Shown piece by piece: positions 62,259-64,000 of a stretch of 64,000 nt of DNA. Where the stretch lies: assembly GCA_043228905.1 (NCBI GenBank), contig JBHGNT010000012.1:14260001-14324000 (forward strand), in the 5' to 3' direction. The position numbers and the translations under genes were made by a program. How positions within the stretch are numbered: the stretch's first letter is position 1; each line of letters begins with the position of its first letter. This DNA comes from Azolla caroliniana (taxonomy: Eukaryota; Plantae; Polypodiophyta). The notes under the pieces are model-generated. The model was not told the origin of the DNA. It was given only the letters and a program-made list of their open reading frames with translations, and ran no database searches.

Positions 62259-64000
62259 TTTGTGGTTCTTTCTCTGATCTAAAATTCCCAAATGACTTTT
62301 GAAGCACCTTAATAATCTAGGGGCCAGAGGACAATGTAAAGTATATATAACATAGGTTGTACAAATTTATAGTCAAAGAGCTTAAATTTGTAAGGGGTCT
62401 TCGGAAAAACTCATCTGGCCAAAAAATGCATCAACTTCAGAGAATATTAAAGTCTTGTGATGTATTATCTAGTACTGATTCATAGTATTTTGGGATCACA
62501 TGTATACTTTGTCCTGAGCAACCAAAAGCATTAACATTTTGGAGAGTAAGTCCAACAAGAAAATTTGTTACCTCAGGATTTATTTGTAATTAATTGTTAC
62601 CATCAACTCAACAATCAATGTTCATTAAATGTTACAACTTACAAGTGGTAATACATAAGATTTTTAAGATATATAATGAGCCATATGTAGAAACATTAAA
62701 TACCACATATTGGAAGCATGCTGAGGATATGCAAAATTGTATACGTATACATAAAAGTGCATGATGGTGCAAAAATGCAAGGTAGGTATTAGAACCCCTA
62801 CAACCAGATATTTTGAAAATGGCCTATCGCTATGGTTAAAATTGGATTGATGTCTAAAGATGTTTTGACTGTTTGCATTTCATGAAAAAAAACTGACTTG
62901 CCTTGCATGGCTCCTTTCTTATGTGATGCAGTAAGTTTGAAAATCTGCTTTTTCCATCTTTCTATTTGTTGGTGGTGTCCATATACTTCATACTACATGG
63001 GAACTTGCTTGAATTAAATCTGCCAAGTTGACTTGGAGACCACGAGACAATCGGGACTTAATTGTGATACTTCATGTTGGTATTGCTCCATTGAACATGA
63101 TGGCTTTGCTACATTGTCTTTCACTTTTCCCTTTTTACTCTAGGTTATTTTCCCTCTACGTTATATTCAATTTTGAGGATCTTTTCACTTTTCCCTCTAG
63201 GTTCTTCTAGTATTGAGGATGACTTGGTGAAATGAATTGAACCTGTGTAGAAGGTATGGTGATGAACTTCTATCACACCATCTCGTCATCATTGAGGATA
63301 GGTCTAAACTACACCCTAGGTATATGGATACATGTGTATCATGCATTGAGATGCACTATTATAGAAATCTACAATTCATACATTGAATGGAGATAGGCAA
63401 GTGTAGAGGTGTCAGTCTAGACAAGACGATTTGTCATTTACACAAAATAGAGTGAAATTCTAAGAAACAAAATATGTTGTTTCAAAATCTATTATTAGGG
63501 ATGAGGATACTTTCGATACCTTGAGTTTAGGCCATTCTTGTTGGGAGTTATATCATTAGAGATGGCCAATCTTGCAAGTGGGGAGTTACACTATTCGAGA
63601 TGTTTAGAGTTTCTTTTACAATAAATTCATAGATATGGTCTACTATGTGATTGAGACCCTTCTTGCAAGTGGTCGATTCCTATGATAAAATATGTTTAGG
63701 TCTATTTTTATTAGAGATCCAAATATTTAGACTTGGATAATGGATTTCTACCACTAGAGATGTTCATGCTTTTACCAAGGATCCATTAATTTAGACTCTC
63801 GTGAGTAAACACGACAAGCAAGTCTAAAAGGAAGAATGACCAACACATTGTAGAGAGACAGTGCTTGGCCAAGCATTCCATTTGGGTACATAGATCATCA
63901 CATAAAAGTCATTGCATGGATAGGGAGCATACTCAGTGAAATTTCTTGAGATGGGAATGGTTCGCCATAGAGGGCATTCATGTCATACATCATTTGAGAG

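Overview
Eukaryotic, TE-dense land-plant nuclear DNA, most likely a seed-free vascular plant such as a fern (inferred from multi-kb TE-filled introns, an RTEX-like LINE and a PLD-type PGS1). Two intact host genes were reconstructed by hand. One is a minus-strand UPF0426 (At1g28150-like) plastid protein gene: 3 exons at 22232-22185, 22062-21916 and 14580-14413, 120 aa. The other is a plus-strand mitochondrial PLD-type phosphatidylglycerophosphate synthase PGS1: 3 exons at 49012-49305, 60408-61346 and 61773-62258, about 572 aa. The rest is nested mobile DNA. There are two related non-chromovirus Ty3/gypsy elements with a large extra 3' ORF (1-8722 minus, truncated by the window; 28487-38391 plus, complete, TSD CGAGG). 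The complete gypsy sits inside a complete Copia (25980-41692, TSD ATTCG), which itself sits in a DNA-transposase relic. Also present are a second Copia in PGS1 intron 1 whose 5' LTR carries a LINE, RTEX-like LINEs, a hAT MITE, solo LTRs and long-TIR elements bounded by (CATG)n. The most striking anomaly is that the complete gypsy has no polypurine tract. In its place, 2 nt before the 3' LTR, lies a sense copy of a tRNA-Arg 3' end including CCA. This is an antisense PBS with the geometry to prime plus-strand synthesis, suggesting a two-tRNA priming mode. tRNA and protein-family assignments are from recalled sequences, not database searches.
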